Below are positions 19,198 through 29,090 of a stretch of DNA of 64,000 nucleotides, one piece after another (position 1 is the first letter of the stretch; each line of letters begins with the position of its first letter). Below the pieces are notes generated by a model. It ran no database searches. It was not told the origin of the DNA and worked only from the letters and a program-made list of their open reading frames with translations. The position numbers and the translations under genes are program-made. This stretch comes from Candidatus Omnitrophota bacterium. GTDB taxonomy: Bacteria; Omnitrophota; Gorgyraeia; Zapsychrales; JANLHA01. Location: assembly GCA_963662715.1 (NCBI GenBank), contig OY759724.1, positions 2,010,662 through 2,074,661 on the forward strand, read 5' to 3'.

Positions 19198-20748
19198 ATG
19201 GCGAATTTCCCCCAACCTGAAAATGTCAATGCGGCGCAATGGCGGGCCGTCAGCGCGCCGGGAGGCCGGTTGCTTATTATCGCCGGTCCGGGAACAGGCA
19301 AAACGCACACATTAACCTACCGCATTTTCTGTCGTCTTAAGGATTTAGCTCTCCCGCAAAAATTCTGCGTTATCACCTTCACGAATAAAGCGGCCGGTGA
19401 AATAAAGGAGCGGGTTCGGTCCCTTTGCGGGGAGGAGAAAGCCGGGCGGCAGTTAACCGTGGGCACATTTCATTCTTTCTGCTGGCAGATATTAAATGAG
19501 CATGCTCAAGACGCCGGCTTGCCGGCCCAGCTGCAATGTGCGGCTCCCCCGGATATCGCTGAAATGGCCAAGGCCATTTGGCCGCAAACAACAGCGGCGC
19601 AGCGGAAAAATATTTTGGCGCTGGTTTCATCCTGGAAATCCTGTTCTTACACGGCCCCGGTGCCCGATGAGGTTGTTGTGTACAACAGAGAGCTCAGGCA
19701 GCGGGGATTCCTGGATTTTGATGATTTGTTGTTGGAAACGTTAATTCTTCTCAGAAAAAATCCCGTATTATTACGTGAAATTCAGAACGGTTATCCGGAA
19801 ATTTTTGTCGATGAATATCAGGATATTAATCCTGTCCAGCATGACCTGTTGAAGCTGCTGGTGGGAAACAGCGGCGGGATCACCGCTATCGGGGACCCGA
19901 ACCAGGCGATTTATGGTTTCCGCGGATCGGATACGCGTTTTTTTGAAAGTTTCTCCGGAGACTTCCCGGGCGCACAGGTTATGACCCTGCAGGAAAATTA
20001 CCGCTCGGGAAAGAACATCCTGTCGGCCTCAAGTCAGGTGATTGAAAAGAATCCGGATTGCCAGGTCCCGGCCTTAACGGCGCAGATGTATGTTGACGGA
20101 AGACTCACGATTTATGAAGCGGCAACGGATAAGGCAGAGGCGGAATATGTTGTCCATAATATTGAAAAATTTGTGGGCGGGACAAGCATGTTTTCTCATG
20201 ACTCCGGGAGGGTGGATAGTCATGCGGAAGGGGAGTGGAGTTTCGGAGACATTGCCGTTTTATGCCGGTTAAAAGCCCAGATGAGACTTCTTGTAAAGGC
20301 TTTTGAGCAGTTGGGCATTCCGTCTCATGTGTCAGGACAGGAGGTGTCCGAGGAAGCCGAAGGCCTAGATTTTATCTGCCCCTCGCGGTACGATGATATT
20401 ACGCTGGACGTGGAAAAAGTGACTTTAATGACATTACACGCTTCGAAAGGACTGGAGTTTCCTGTTGTTTTTATCGTGGGCTGCGAGGAATGTCTGCTGC
20501 CGCTGCATTGGGAAAAGATGGTGTCGGACCGGGAAGAAGAACGCCGGTTATTTTATGTCGGGATGACCCGGGCCAAGGAACGGTTGTTTCTTACACGGGC
20601 CAGAAAGCGCGTGCTGTTTGGGAAGACCTATCAGCCGCGGATATCGCCGTTCCTGACAGATATCGAAGACAGCCTGAAGGACTATGAGGAGGCTATTTTG
20701 AGAAGCAAAAAGCGAAAAAAAGAAGACGAGCAGATGAGTCTGTTTTAA
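19198..20748 (+). CDS. compact UvrD/PcrA-family DNA helicase
   Basis: Motif I 'AGPGTGKTHTLT', II 'DEYQDINPVQ', IV 'ENYRSGKNIL', V/VI 'TLHASKGLEFPVVFIVG...YVGMTRAKERL'. Start taken at 'MANFPQPENV', 8 nt after the upstream stop. The ORF-track start at 19090 would overlap the upstream gene. Confidence 0.75.
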   Translation: MANFPQPENVNAAQWRAVSAPGGRLLIIAGPGTGKTHTLTYRIFCRLKDLALPQKFCVITFTNKAAGEIKERVRSLCGEEKAGRQLTVGTFHSFCWQILNEHAQDAGLPAQLQCAAPPDIAEMAKAIWPQTTAAQRKNILALVSSWKSCSYTAPVPDEVVVYNRELRQRGFLDFDDLLLETLILLRKNPVLLREIQNGYPEIFVDEYQDINPVQHDLLKLLVGNSGGITAIGDPNQAIYGFRGSDTRFFESFSGDFPGAQVMTLQENYRSGKNILSASSQVIEKNPDCQVPALTAQMYVDGRLTIYEAATDKAEAEYVVHNIEKFVGGTSMFSHDSGRVDSHAEGEWSFGDIAVLCRLKAQMRLLVKAFEQLGIPSHVSGQEVSEEAEGLDFICPSRYDDITLDVEKVTLMTLHASKGLEFPVVFIVGCEECLLPLHWEKMVSDREEERRLFYVGMTRAKERLFLTRARKRVLFGKTYQPRISPFLTDIEDSLKDYEEAILRSKKRKKEDEQMSLF

Positions 20749-20884
20749 ACGGGGACAGGCCGTCAAGCCGTTTAGAGGCTGTAGGGAGTGAACCTGTTTT
20801 TAAAATCTCTCAGCCAGCACGACGTAAAGCAACAGGCTGATTTAAGATAAAAGAGTTGTTTTTTAACCTGGAAAAGAGAATCAT

Positions 20885-21865
20885 ATGTTCATGAACTTAC
20901 GCAAGAATAAAGAAAATATTATTTATTTCATTGTCTCTCTTTTACTGCTTGAAACTGTGCGGGTCAAATATAATAAACTCGTCCAAAAAGAACAGTTTGA
21001 AAAGCAGGCCGGGGGAAGCGTTGTAAGAAGACAAAAAATGCTTCTTATGAAAGCGTCCTTCCTCTATGCCATATTCCTTTTTTGGCTGATGTTTGATTAT
21101 TTCACGACCCTCTCGGGTAAAATTAGCCTGGTCTACCCGCAGGCCCATTATTTGAAAACGAATATGGCCTTATTTTTAAATGGTATCCTATCCTACGGGC
21201 TCACGGCCTGGCTGATACGGTTTCTCTTGGAACTGTATATCATGAAAATGAATGAAGCGTTCGGTTTCTGGAAAAAACTGGGGCGGTCGGCCATTGACGG
21301 AACAAAGGCGATTGTTCACGCTCCCTTTAAAGCCGGCGGAGTCGTTAAAGATAAACTGGTCGATGGTGTTAAATCGGGGTCAGAAAAAGTCAGGGATACC
21401 GCCTGCGTCAGCGTTTACGCCGCCGGACGGCTTCCGGAGAATATGAAAGAAGCTGCGCAGGACAGTGAAAACTGGAAGTACGATGAACTTATCGCCAAAA
21501 TTTCCCAATTGGGGATTCCGGCTCTTGTTTTGATCATAGCCGTTGAGTTTACGGGACTGGTCGGCGCGGCTGCGATAGCCGAGGCCCTGGCTCTGCTGGG
21601 AGGCCCCTGGGGCATTGTCGGCGGGCTTGGCGTTTTGGGGATATTGGTCGTCATATCGAAGGGAATAGGGCGGTATGGATTTAAAGCCGTATTTGAAGGG
21701 GTTCTGAAAAACCTGTATAAAAAAGGTCATACGAAACAGGAAATTTTTCGGAAAGTCGAAGGATATAAAATGACCCGGAAGATGAAAGCTTCTTTGTTGA
21801 AGTATATTGAAGAATTAAGCGATAAACAAAACAGCGGGATATCCAAAGACAATCCCGGTGTTTAA
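20885..21865 (+). CDS. hypothetical membrane protein
   Basis: Multiple TM segments and a Gly/Ala-rich TM 'AAAIAEALALLGGPWGIVGGLGVLGIL'. No family recognised. Confidence 0.5.
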   Translation: MFMNLRKNKENIIYFIVSLLLLETVRVKYNKLVQKEQFEKQAGGSVVRRQKMLLMKASFLYAIFLFWLMFDYFTTLSGKISLVYPQAHYLKTNMALFLNGILSYGLTAWLIRFLLELYIMKMNEAFGFWKKLGRSAIDGTKAIVHAPFKAGGVVKDKLVDGVKSGSEKVRDTACVSVYAAGRLPENMKEAAQDSENWKYDELIAKISQLGIPALVLIIAVEFTGLVGAAAIAEALALLGGPWGIVGGLGVLGILVVISKGIGRYGFKAVFEGVLKNLYKKGHTKQEIFRKVEGYKMTRKMKASLLKYIEELSDKQNSGISKDNPGV

Positions 21866-22735
21866 TTAACGCAGGGCACTCAGAATCGTGTCGACCGGAT
21901 GGAGTTTGTTCAGGGCATAAAAATGTAAGCCAGGAGCGCCGTGTTGCAAAAGCTCCTGGCATTGCCGGATGGCGAACTCGATGCCTTCTTTGAGACAGCG
22001 GTCAGGATCATCTTGAATCGGTTCGAAAATGTTCTGTACTTCTTCCGGGATGGTTGTCCCGCATGTCCGGCAGAAACGGACAAGAGCATCGTAATTGGTG
22101 ATAGGCAGAATGCCCGGTATGATACGGGCCTGCACGCCAATCTGGCGTAATCTTTCGACGTAATGAAAATATTGCTGGTTGTCGAAAAATAATTGCGTGA
22201 TGACAAAATCGGCCCCGTTATCGATTTTTATCTTGAGATATCGGGCATCCTGATCTTTATCCGGACAGAGCAGATGTCCTTCGGGAAATCCTGCCACCCC
22301 GACACCGAAATCGTCCCCGAAATATTCGCGAATAAACGCACATAACTCACTTGAATATTTAAAATTGTTTTTTCCCGGCTGCCAATCCGGATTGTCTTTC
22401 GGGGGGTCGCCTCTTAAGGCTAGGACATTGCAGATACCCCGCTGCTTGATGTGTTCGAGGATATGTTTGATTTCCTCTTTTGTGTGGCAGACACAGGTCA
22501 GATGGGCAACACTCGGCAAAGCATAGGTGTCTTGGATATGCTGGACAATGTCGAAAGTGCGTTCCCGGTTCCCGCCGCCGGCTCCATAAGTGCAGGAAAT
22601 GAAGTCCGGCTGAAGATTTATGAGCTTTTCTATGGTTGCAAGAAGGTTTTGATACCCTTTTTCTGTTTTGGCAGGAAAAAGTTCGAAAGAAAACGTGCGC
22701 TCTTGCTCCGGGAATAGATCTGTTATCTTTTTCAT
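21866..22735 (-). CDS. metF: 5,10-methylenetetrahydrofolate reductase
   Basis: 'TFSFELFPAKTEKG...FISCTYGAGGG' and the overall MetF-family TIM-barrel pattern; about 289 aa. Confidence 0.85.
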   Translation of the reverse strand: MKKITDLFPEQERTFSFELFPAKTEKGYQNLLATIEKLINLQPDFISCTYGAGGGNRERTFDIVQHIQDTYALPSVAHLTCVCHTKEEIKHILEHIKQRGICNVLALRGDPPKDNPDWQPGKNNFKYSSELCAFIREYFGDDFGVGVAGFPEGHLLCPDKDQDARYLKIKIDNGADFVITQLFFDNQQYFHYVERLRQIGVQARIIPGILPITNYDALVRFCRTCGTTIPEEVQNIFEPIQDDPDRCLKEGIEFAIRQCQELLQHGAPGLHFYALNKLHPVDTILSALR

Positions 22736-22984
22736 TTTGAATATAGGACGGTTCGTTAACTTTTGGATATTGTATCACGGGGCTTTATCTTGGGGTATCG
22801 GAATTTGAAAAAAATAAGCGACATAAACATTGCAAGGGCCGGGGTGAAATACCGGCAGAATCCTGTTGTAAAATGATAAAATGTGTTTTCAGCGGACCTG
22901 GATTTGTAATACAATGGATTCATTCCCAAGAGGCGGTGTGCTGTCGTGAAACCGGAAAAGACTGTTAAAACGAAAATGTAACAT

Positions 22985-23758
22985 ATGGGCCTTATTGATT
23001 ATTTAAAGCTGCCGAATCCGGAGACATTTGATAACCTGGATGATCCGAGAGCAACGCTTTGGCATCGTCAGGTTATTCTCGAAAAAGGGTTCTTAAAGAA
23101 AATCTACCGGGATTTTTATCAGCGTATTGCCCGCAGTCTGTCTGCGGGGCCTGACGGACCGGTGATTGAACTGGGCAGCGGCGGCGGTATTATTAAAGAC
23201 GTTATGCCGCGGGTAACGACCTCGGATATCCTGTTTCTCCCTCATGTGGACTTATGTTTCCGGGCCGATCAAAGTCCTTTTAAAGACGAGTCTGTCAGCG
23301 CTTTTGTCATGCTCAATGTTTTTCATCATGTCAAAGATACAAAGTCCTTTCTCGGGGAACTTGACCGGTGTTTAAAGCGGCACGGAAAAATTATTATGAT
23401 TGAGCCGGCCAATTCCGTTTGGGGCCGCTGTATTTACCAGAATTTACATCACGAAGTCTTTGATCCTTCGGCTGAGTGGGGGGTGGAAGGCGACGGGGCC
23501 CTGTCCTGCGGGAACGGGGCTTTACCCTGGATTGTTTTTCAGCGGGATGCTGAGAAATTCCGTGATATGTTCCCGCGGCTCAAATTGAAAAGAATGTCTC
23601 CGTTCGCCCCTTTCCGGTATTTGCTGAGCGGAGGGGTGTCCTTCCGGCAATTGCTGCCCACAAGTTTTTACGGTCTGGTGAAGGCCGTCGAATGGCTGCT
23701 AAGGCCTTTTAACCGCTGGCTGAGCATGTTTTACTATATTGAGATTGAAAAAGAATGA
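22985..23758 (+). CDS. class I SAM-dependent methyltransferase
   Basis: Motif I 'VIELGSGGGII', post-I 'VTTSDI', and motif II 'FVMLNVFHHV'. Confidence 0.6.
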   Translation: MGLIDYLKLPNPETFDNLDDPRATLWHRQVILEKGFLKKIYRDFYQRIARSLSAGPDGPVIELGSGGGIIKDVMPRVTTSDILFLPHVDLCFRADQSPFKDESVSAFVMLNVFHHVKDTKSFLGELDRCLKRHGKIIMIEPANSVWGRCIYQNLHHEVFDPSAEWGVEGDGALSCGNGALPWIVFQRDAEKFRDMFPRLKLKRMSPFAPFRYLLSGGVSFRQLLPTSFYGLVKAVEWLLRPFNRWLSMFYYIEIEKE

Positions 23759-23921
23759 TTCATGAGATTTTATTGCCCGAGGGATCCGGCCGCGGAGGTC
23801 TTTCCTCTGTGCGCCCAGCGGTTGTCTTGCTTGCGCGGGTGAGCCGCTGTCCTGTGGCTGGCGTAACTGTTAACAATACATTCGGGTTAACTGCGTTGTT
23901 CCGGAAACAGTGGGAGTTGAA

Positions 23922-25001
23922 ATGGATATTGCCCTGATAACCGGCTCAGCCGGACTGATAGGCTCCGAAGCCGTGGAATTCTTCGCGCAAAAAGGGTTCA
24001 AGGTGATCGGAATAGATAATGATATGCGCAGGTATTTTTTTGGTCCCGAAGCTTCAACGCAATGGAATGCTTCCCGCCTGGAACAGGATGTTCTTTCGTA
24101 CGTGCATAAGAATATCGATATCCGGAATTTTTCCGGCCTGGAGCCGTTATTTAAAGAATACACCGCTGACATTAAACTTATTATTCATACGGCCGCGCAG
24201 CCTTCGCACGACTGGGCGGCCCGGGAACCGATAACGGATTTTACGGTCAACGCCAACGGCACCCTGAATCTTCTGGAATTGACGCGGCAGTGCTGCCCGC
24301 AAGCGGTTTTTATCTTTACCAGCACGAACAAGGTCTACGGGGATCTTCCCAACGCTTTGCCTTTGGAAGAGACGGAAACGCGTTGGGAGCTCAGCTCCCG
24401 GCATCCTTTTTTCGAGGGGATTGGCGAGACGATGAGCATTGATCAATCAAAACATTCTTTGTTCGGGGCTTCGAAAGCGGCGGCGGATATCCTGGTGCAG
24501 GAATACGGACGGTATTTTTCTCTGAAGACAGGATGTTTCCGCGGCGGCTGCTTGACCGGGCCCCGGCATTCCGGAACGATGCTGCACGGATTTCTAGCTT
24601 ATCTGATGAAGTGTGTTATGACCGGGACTCCGTATACGGTTTTCGGGTATAAAGGCAAACAGGTCCGGGATAATATTCACAGTTTTGATCTTGTGAATGC
24701 ATTTTATCATTTTTATTTACAACCCCGCCCGGGAGAAGTTTATAATATGGGAGGCGGCCGCAAGAACAACTGCTCCATGCTGGAAGCGATCCGGTACTGC
24801 GAGGATATTGCAGCGAAAAAATTATCCTGGACGCTTTGCGAGCAGCCACGGGCGGGTGACCATATCTGGTATATCAGTAACCTGGGCAAATTTAAAAGGC
24901 ATTATCCCCGGTGGGAGCAGAAATATGATATCCTGGAAACGCTTCAGCAGATCAGGGATATTAACAAGGAAAGATGGACCTTAAAGGAGGAGCCTGAATG
25001 A
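23922..25001 (+). CDS. NAD-dependent epimerase/dehydratase (SDR), CDP-paratose 2-epimerase-like
   Basis: '[19 protein letters not shown]' Rossmann motif and 'YGASKAAAD' catalytic YxxxK. Confidence 0.75.
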   Translation: MDIALITGSAGLIGSEAVEFFAQKGFKVIGIDNDMRRYFFGPEASTQWNASRLEQDVLSYVHKNIDIRNFSGLEPLFKEYTADIKLIIHTAAQPSHDWAAREPITDFTVNANGTLNLLELTRQCCPQAVFIFTSTNKVYGDLPNALPLEETETRWELSSRHPFFEGIGETMSIDQSKHSLFGASKAAADILVQEYGRYFSLKTGCFRGGCLTGPRHSGTMLHGFLAYLMKCVMTGTPYTVFGYKGKQVRDNIHSFDLVNAFYHFYLQPRPGEVYNMGGGRKNNCSMLEAIRYCEDIAAKKLSWTLCEQPRAGDHIWYISNLGKFKRHYPRWEQKYDILETLQQIRDINKERWTLKEEPE

Positions 25002-26398
25002 ACAAGTCAATCGCGGAACATTACGACAGCCTGGCAGACCAGCGGGATGATTTTCATAATAAGCATAAATATTATTATTCCCTCCTGTACAAACAGTATC
25101 ATTATTTGATCCCGGAAGGGAAGAAGGTTTTGGAAGTAGGATGTTCGACGGGAGACCTGCTCAATGAACTCAAACCCTCTTTGGGGGTCGGCATAGATAT
25201 CAGCCGGCAGTCGGTTCAGAAAGCCGCAGAGAAATACCCTCATCTGCAGTTTGAAGCTTGTGCCTTGCAGGATTTTTCGTCCCCGGAAAAATTTGATTTC
25301 ATTGTTCTTTCCGGTGTCTTGGGCGAGCTGGATGATATTCAGCAGTTTTTCCTGGACTTGAAGCCGTTTTGTCACGCACAGACGAGAATCATCATCGAGT
25401 ACTACAGTTATTTATGGCAGTACATTTTAAAATGGGGCGAAAAGACCGGGATGAAGATTCCGCAGAGGATACAAAACTGGATTACGTATCATGACCTCTG
25501 TAACTTTTTAGCTTTGACGGGGTTTGAGCCTGTTAAAACGGAAAGAGCTGTTTTATTCCCGGTGAATATTTGGGGGGTGAGTTATCTTATCAACAGGTTT
25601 ATGGCCCCTTTGCCGATTTTCAATGCTTTAACTCTGAACCATATGGTCATTGCCCGGCCGATTCTGGAGTTTGAACGGGATTTCTCTGTTACGATCCTTG
25701 TCCCCTGCCGCAATGAGAAGGGGAATATTGAGCATGCTATCACCCGAACCCCGGCTTTCGGCCAGCACCAGGAGTTTATTTTTGTGGAAGGCGGTTCCAA
25801 AGACGGGACGTATGAAGAAGTGGAAAGGGTCATCCAGGCCTATCCGGAAAAGGACATTAAACTTTTCCGGCAAAAGGGCAAAGGGAAGGGCGATGCGGTT
25901 CGTTTAGGTTTTAGTGAAGCCTCCGGGGAAATCCTGATGATCCTGGATGCCGATTTGACCGTGCCCCCGGAAGACTTGCCGAAATTTTACGATGCGATCC
26001 GTCACAACCGGGGCGAATTTATTAACGGTTGCCGGCTTGTGTATCCTATGGAAAAACAGGCGATGCGGTTTTTAAATCTTATTGCCAATAAATTTTTTGG
26101 TGTTTTCTTTTCCTGGCTGCTGGGGCAGAGATTTAAGGATACCCTTTGCGGGACGAAAGTCCTTTTTAAGCGGGATTATGAATCCTTGGTGGCCAACCGG
26201 GCTTATTTCGGGCATTTTGACCCGTTTGGGGATTTTGATCTTATTTTCGGAGCTGTGAAGTTGAACCTGAAAGTCCTCGAATTGCCGATCCGTTACAAAG
26301 AAAGGACTTACGGAACCACGCAGATCCAGCGGTTCCGGCACGGCCTGCTGCTTTTCAGGATGTGTTTTTTTGCGATGAAGAAGATTAAATTTCGTTAA
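24998..26398 (+). CDS. bifunctional fusion: N-terminal class I SAM methyltransferase plus C-terminal family-2 glycosyltransferase (DPM1-like)
   Basis: N-terminal '[15 protein letters not shown]'. C-terminal '[18 protein letters not shown]...[10 protein letters not shown]...[12 protein letters not shown]' carries the GT2 DxD. Confidence 0.65.
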   Translation: MNKSIAEHYDSLADQRDDFHNKHKYYYSLLYKQYHYLIPEGKKVLEVGCSTGDLLNELKPSLGVGIDISRQSVQKAAEKYPHLQFEACALQDFSSPEKFDFIVLSGVLGELDDIQQFFLDLKPFCHAQTRIIIEYYSYLWQYILKWGEKTGMKIPQRIQNWITYHDLCNFLALTGFEPVKTERAVLFPVNIWGVSYLINRFMAPLPIFNALTLNHMVIARPILEFERDFSVTILVPCRNEKGNIEHAITRTPAFGQHQEFIFVEGGSKDGTYEEVERVIQAYPEKDIKLFRQKGKGKGDAVRLGFSEASGEILMILDADLTVPPEDLPKFYDAIRHNRGEFINGCRLVYPMEKQAMRFLNLIANKFFGVFFSWLLGQRFKDTLCGTKVLFKRDYESLVANRAYFGHFDPFGDFDLIFGAVKLNLKVLELPIRYKERTYGTTQIQRFRHGLLLFRMCFFAMKKIKFR

Positions 26399-26470
26399 GT
26401 TCTTTACTATTAATATTTTTTGTTTTTTCAAAAACAATAAAAAGAGACCGTACTAAAGCAAGAAATACAC

Positions 26471-26499
26471 TTGACAATTAATAATATTATTAATAATAT
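26471..26499 (+). promoter_or_regulatory. consensus sigma70 promoter (TTGACA-N17-TAATAT) whose spacer is a perfect 18-bp palindrome ATTAATAATATTATTAAT; likely an operator
   Basis: -35 at 26471-26476, palindrome at 26477-26494, -10 at 26494-26499. It lies 38 nt upstream of the GTG of the wHTH regulator gene. Confidence 0.45.
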
Positions 26500-26536
26500 G
26501 TTCAGGACTTGAACACGTATAACAGAGAGATCCCTT

Positions 26537-27091
26537 GTGATCAAAAATACCCTGAACGATAGAGAATTTGAATTAATTAATATTATTGGGTCAGAGCTTG
26601 CTAATAATCAAAGAGATCTTTCCCGCCATCTGAATATCTCCTTAGGCACAACCAATATGATTATCCGTCGGCTTATTGATAAGGGGTATATTCGCATCCG
26701 ACCTTTAAGAAAACGTAAAGTTGAGTACACATTAACTCCCAAAGGTTTTTCCGAAAGGCTGGAACAATCCATACATTCAACGCTTAAAACCCTTCATTCT
26801 ATTAAGCAGGTTAAACAGAATATCCGGGATATTATCAGAGACTGTTATGCCAGGGGGGAAAGAATGTTTTTTGCTTGCGGGGATGACGATATCTCTTTTT
26901 TAATGGAAACCGTGTTTAAGGAACCTGAATTTCAGGATTGTACGTTCCGTTGCTCATCTCAGGAACCGTTTCCTGAGGCAGAAGGGGTGGTTTTTATTTG
27001 TCAGCCGCAACCTGAATCATGGATGTCAGGGAACGGTAAGAGAATAAATTTAATCGAAATGTTAGCCAAAAAAGTTAATGATGAACAGTGA
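26537..27091 (+). CDS. winged-helix (MarR-like) transcriptional regulator
   Basis: 'NQRDLSRHLNISLGTTNMIIRRLIDKGYIRIRP' is an HTH followed by a wing. GTG start. Confidence 0.5.
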   Translation: MIKNTLNDREFELINIIGSELANNQRDLSRHLNISLGTTNMIIRRLIDKGYIRIRPLRKRKVEYTLTPKGFSERLEQSIHSTLKTLHSIKQVKQNIRDIIRDCYARGERMFFACGDDDISFLMETVFKEPEFQDCTFRCSSQEPFPEAEGVVFICQPQPESWMSGNGKRINLIEMLAKKVNDEQ

Positions 27092-28056
27092 GGTCCGTGG
27101 TGGAAAAGAAATTTATCATCAGAGAGGAAGATAAGATTTTTGTTGCCGGCCATAACGGCATGGTGGGCTCCGCAGTGGTCCGTCAGTTTCAAAAGAGAGG
27201 CTTTACAAATCTTGTCTTGAAATCCAGAAAAGAGTTGAATTTGATAGATACCGGGGCTGTTAAACGGTTTTTTGATGAAGAACAGCCGGATATTGTCATT
27301 GACGCCGCTGCCCGCGTGGGCGGGATTAAAGCCAATAATGAACATAAAGCCGAATTCCTTTTTGAAAATCTGGCGATTCAAAACAACATTATTCACCAGG
27401 CGTTTCTTCATAAGGTGAAAAAACTGTGTTTTTTGGGCAGCTCGTGTATCTACCCCAGAGAGTGCCCTCAGCCGATGAAGGAAGAATATCTGCTTACCGG
27501 GGCTCTGGAGCCGACGAATGAGGGCTATGCCCTGGCCAAGATCGCAGGCTTAAAAATGGTGGAATACTATCACCGGCAGTATGGTTTTCCCGGCATCAGC
27601 CTTATGCCGTGCAACCTTTACGGAACCAATGACTGTTTTGAACTCGATAAATCACACGTTATTTCCGCCTTGATTAAGAAAACCGTTGATGCCGTTGATG
27701 CGGGGAACGACCGTGTGCCCATTTGGGGGACGGGGAAAGCCTTGCGGGAATTATTGCATGTTGATGACGCCGCTGCGGCGATTGTTTTTATGCTGGAATA
27801 TTATGATGAACCGGAATTTATTAATGTCGGTTACGGGGAGGAGATTTCCATAAAAGATCTGGCTGAACTGATCGCCGAAAAAGCAGGGTTCAAAGGGGCG
27901 TTGGAATGGGATGCCAGCAAACCGGACGGTATGCCCCGAAAATGCATGGACGTCAGCCGGATGAAAGCCTTGGGATTTACCCCGCAGATTTCCTTGACCG
28001 AAGGCATCGAAAGGACTATTGCTGAGTACCGGGAGCTCAAGAAATCTTTTTCGTAG
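27088..28056 (+). CDS. fcl: GDP-L-fucose synthase (GDP-4-keto-6-deoxymannose 3,5-epimerase/4-reductase)
   Basis: 'KIFVAGHNGMVGSAVV' together with the 'LGSSCIYP' and 'YALAK' catalytic motifs; about 320 aa. The true start is probably GTG 27097 or 27100, which has a GAGGT SD. Confidence 0.8.
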   Translation: MRSVVEKKFIIREEDKIFVAGHNGMVGSAVVRQFQKRGFTNLVLKSRKELNLIDTGAVKRFFDEEQPDIVIDAAARVGGIKANNEHKAEFLFENLAIQNNIIHQAFLHKVKKLCFLGSSCIYPRECPQPMKEEYLLTGALEPTNEGYALAKIAGLKMVEYYHRQYGFPGISLMPCNLYGTNDCFELDKSHVISALIKKTVDAVDAGNDRVPIWGTGKALRELLHVDDAAAAIVFMLEYYDEPEFINVGYGEEISIKDLAELIAEKAGFKGALEWDASKPDGMPRKCMDVSRMKALGFTPQISLTEGIERTIAEYRELKKSFS

Positions 28057-28100
28057 TTTTATAAGATATAGCATAATTTTATTATTAAGAAGGAGTCTTC

Positions 28101-29084
28101 ATGCTGAATCAAAAAGTCATTTTAGTTACCGGAGGGACAGGGTCGTTCGGAAAGAAGTTCACCGAGACGATACTTAAACAATTCAAGGTCAAGAAACTGA
28201 TCATCTTCAGCCGCGATGAGTATAAGCAGTTTGAGATGGCGAGGCTTTTTCCGGAAAAAAAATACCCTATCCGTTACTTTTTAGGAGATATTCGGGATAG
28301 AAACCGGCTTTACCGGGCCTTTGAAGGCGTTGATTACGTGGTCCACGCGGCCGCGCTCAAACAGGTCCCGGCTTTGGAATACAACCCGACCGAAGCGGTC
28401 AAAACAAATGTCAGCGGCGCTGATAATATTGTTAATGCGGCGATAGACGCCGGGGTTAAAAAAGTTGTCGCTTTGTCTACGGATAAGGCGGTGAACCCCA
28501 TCAACCTTTACGGGGCCACAAAACTGGTGGCTGAGAAAATATTCATCGCGGCCAATGCCTTTGCCGGAGGCCGGGTGAAATTCTCCGCGGTCCGGTACGG
28601 GAACGTCGTGGGCTCCCGGGGCAGCGTTATCCCGCTTTTTCTTCAATTGAAGAGCAAGGGATGCCATGAGTTTCCGCTCACTGATGAACGCATGACCCGT
28701 TTCTGGATTACTTTAGAGCAGGGCGTTAAACTGGTGATTAAAGCTCTGGACACATCAGAAGGCGGAGAAGTTTTTATCCCTAAAGTGCCTTCGATGAAGA
28801 TTGTTGATCTGGCCCGGGCGCTTGACCCGGCATGCCGGTTTAAGACGGTCGGCATCCGGCCGGGCGAAAAAGTCCATGAAACGTTGATTTCGATAGACGA
28901 ATCCCGCAACACCAAGATTGACGGGGATAATTACGTCATCCTTCCCCAGTTTTATGAAACGAAGGATGTCCACCGTCATTATGATAAATTGCCTCCTGTG
29001 CCCGAAGAGTTTTCCTATACGAGTGACAACAACCAGCAGTGGTTGACGGTTGAGCAGTTAAAGAAAATCATTTCAGAGCTCTGA
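28101..29084 (+). CDS. pseB: UDP-N-acetylglucosamine 4,6-dehydratase (inverting), PseB/FlaA1-like
   Basis: 'VILVTGGTGSFGKKF...LIIFSRDEYKQ...YFLGDIRDRNRL...YGATKL' is the PseB/CapD short-form signature. Confidence 0.8.
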   Translation: MLNQKVILVTGGTGSFGKKFTETILKQFKVKKLIIFSRDEYKQFEMARLFPEKKYPIRYFLGDIRDRNRLYRAFEGVDYVVHAAALKQVPALEYNPTEAVKTNVSGADNIVNAAIDAGVKKVVALSTDKAVNPINLYGATKLVAEKIFIAANAFAGGRVKFSAVRYGNVVGSRGSVIPLFLQLKSKGCHEFPLTDERMTRFWITLEQGVKLVIKALDTSEGGEVFIPKVPSMKIVDLARALDPACRFKTVGIRPGEKVHETLISIDESRNTKIDGDNYVILPQFYETKDVHRHYDKLPPVPEEFSYTSDNNQQWLTVEQLKKIISEL

Positions 29085-29090
29085 AGCGAT

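Noticed and set aside
22736-22984. Looked for a SAM-I/SAM-II riboswitch or T-box in the 250-nt leader upstream of metF (minus strand), and for one upstream of the divergent methyltransferase
   Set aside because: The reverse complement shows no CUUAUCAAGAG / GGUGCUAAWUCC-like SAM-I core. Only a small GCCGG/CCGGC hairpin (about 22838-22856) is present. No riboswitch is called.
23755-23937. 60-aa ORF in the GC-rich intergenic region upstream of the epimerase gene
   Set aside because: It overlaps the start of the well-supported epimerase gene and has low-complexity Arg/Gly/Ala-rich translation. It is likely the 5' UTR, possibly structured.
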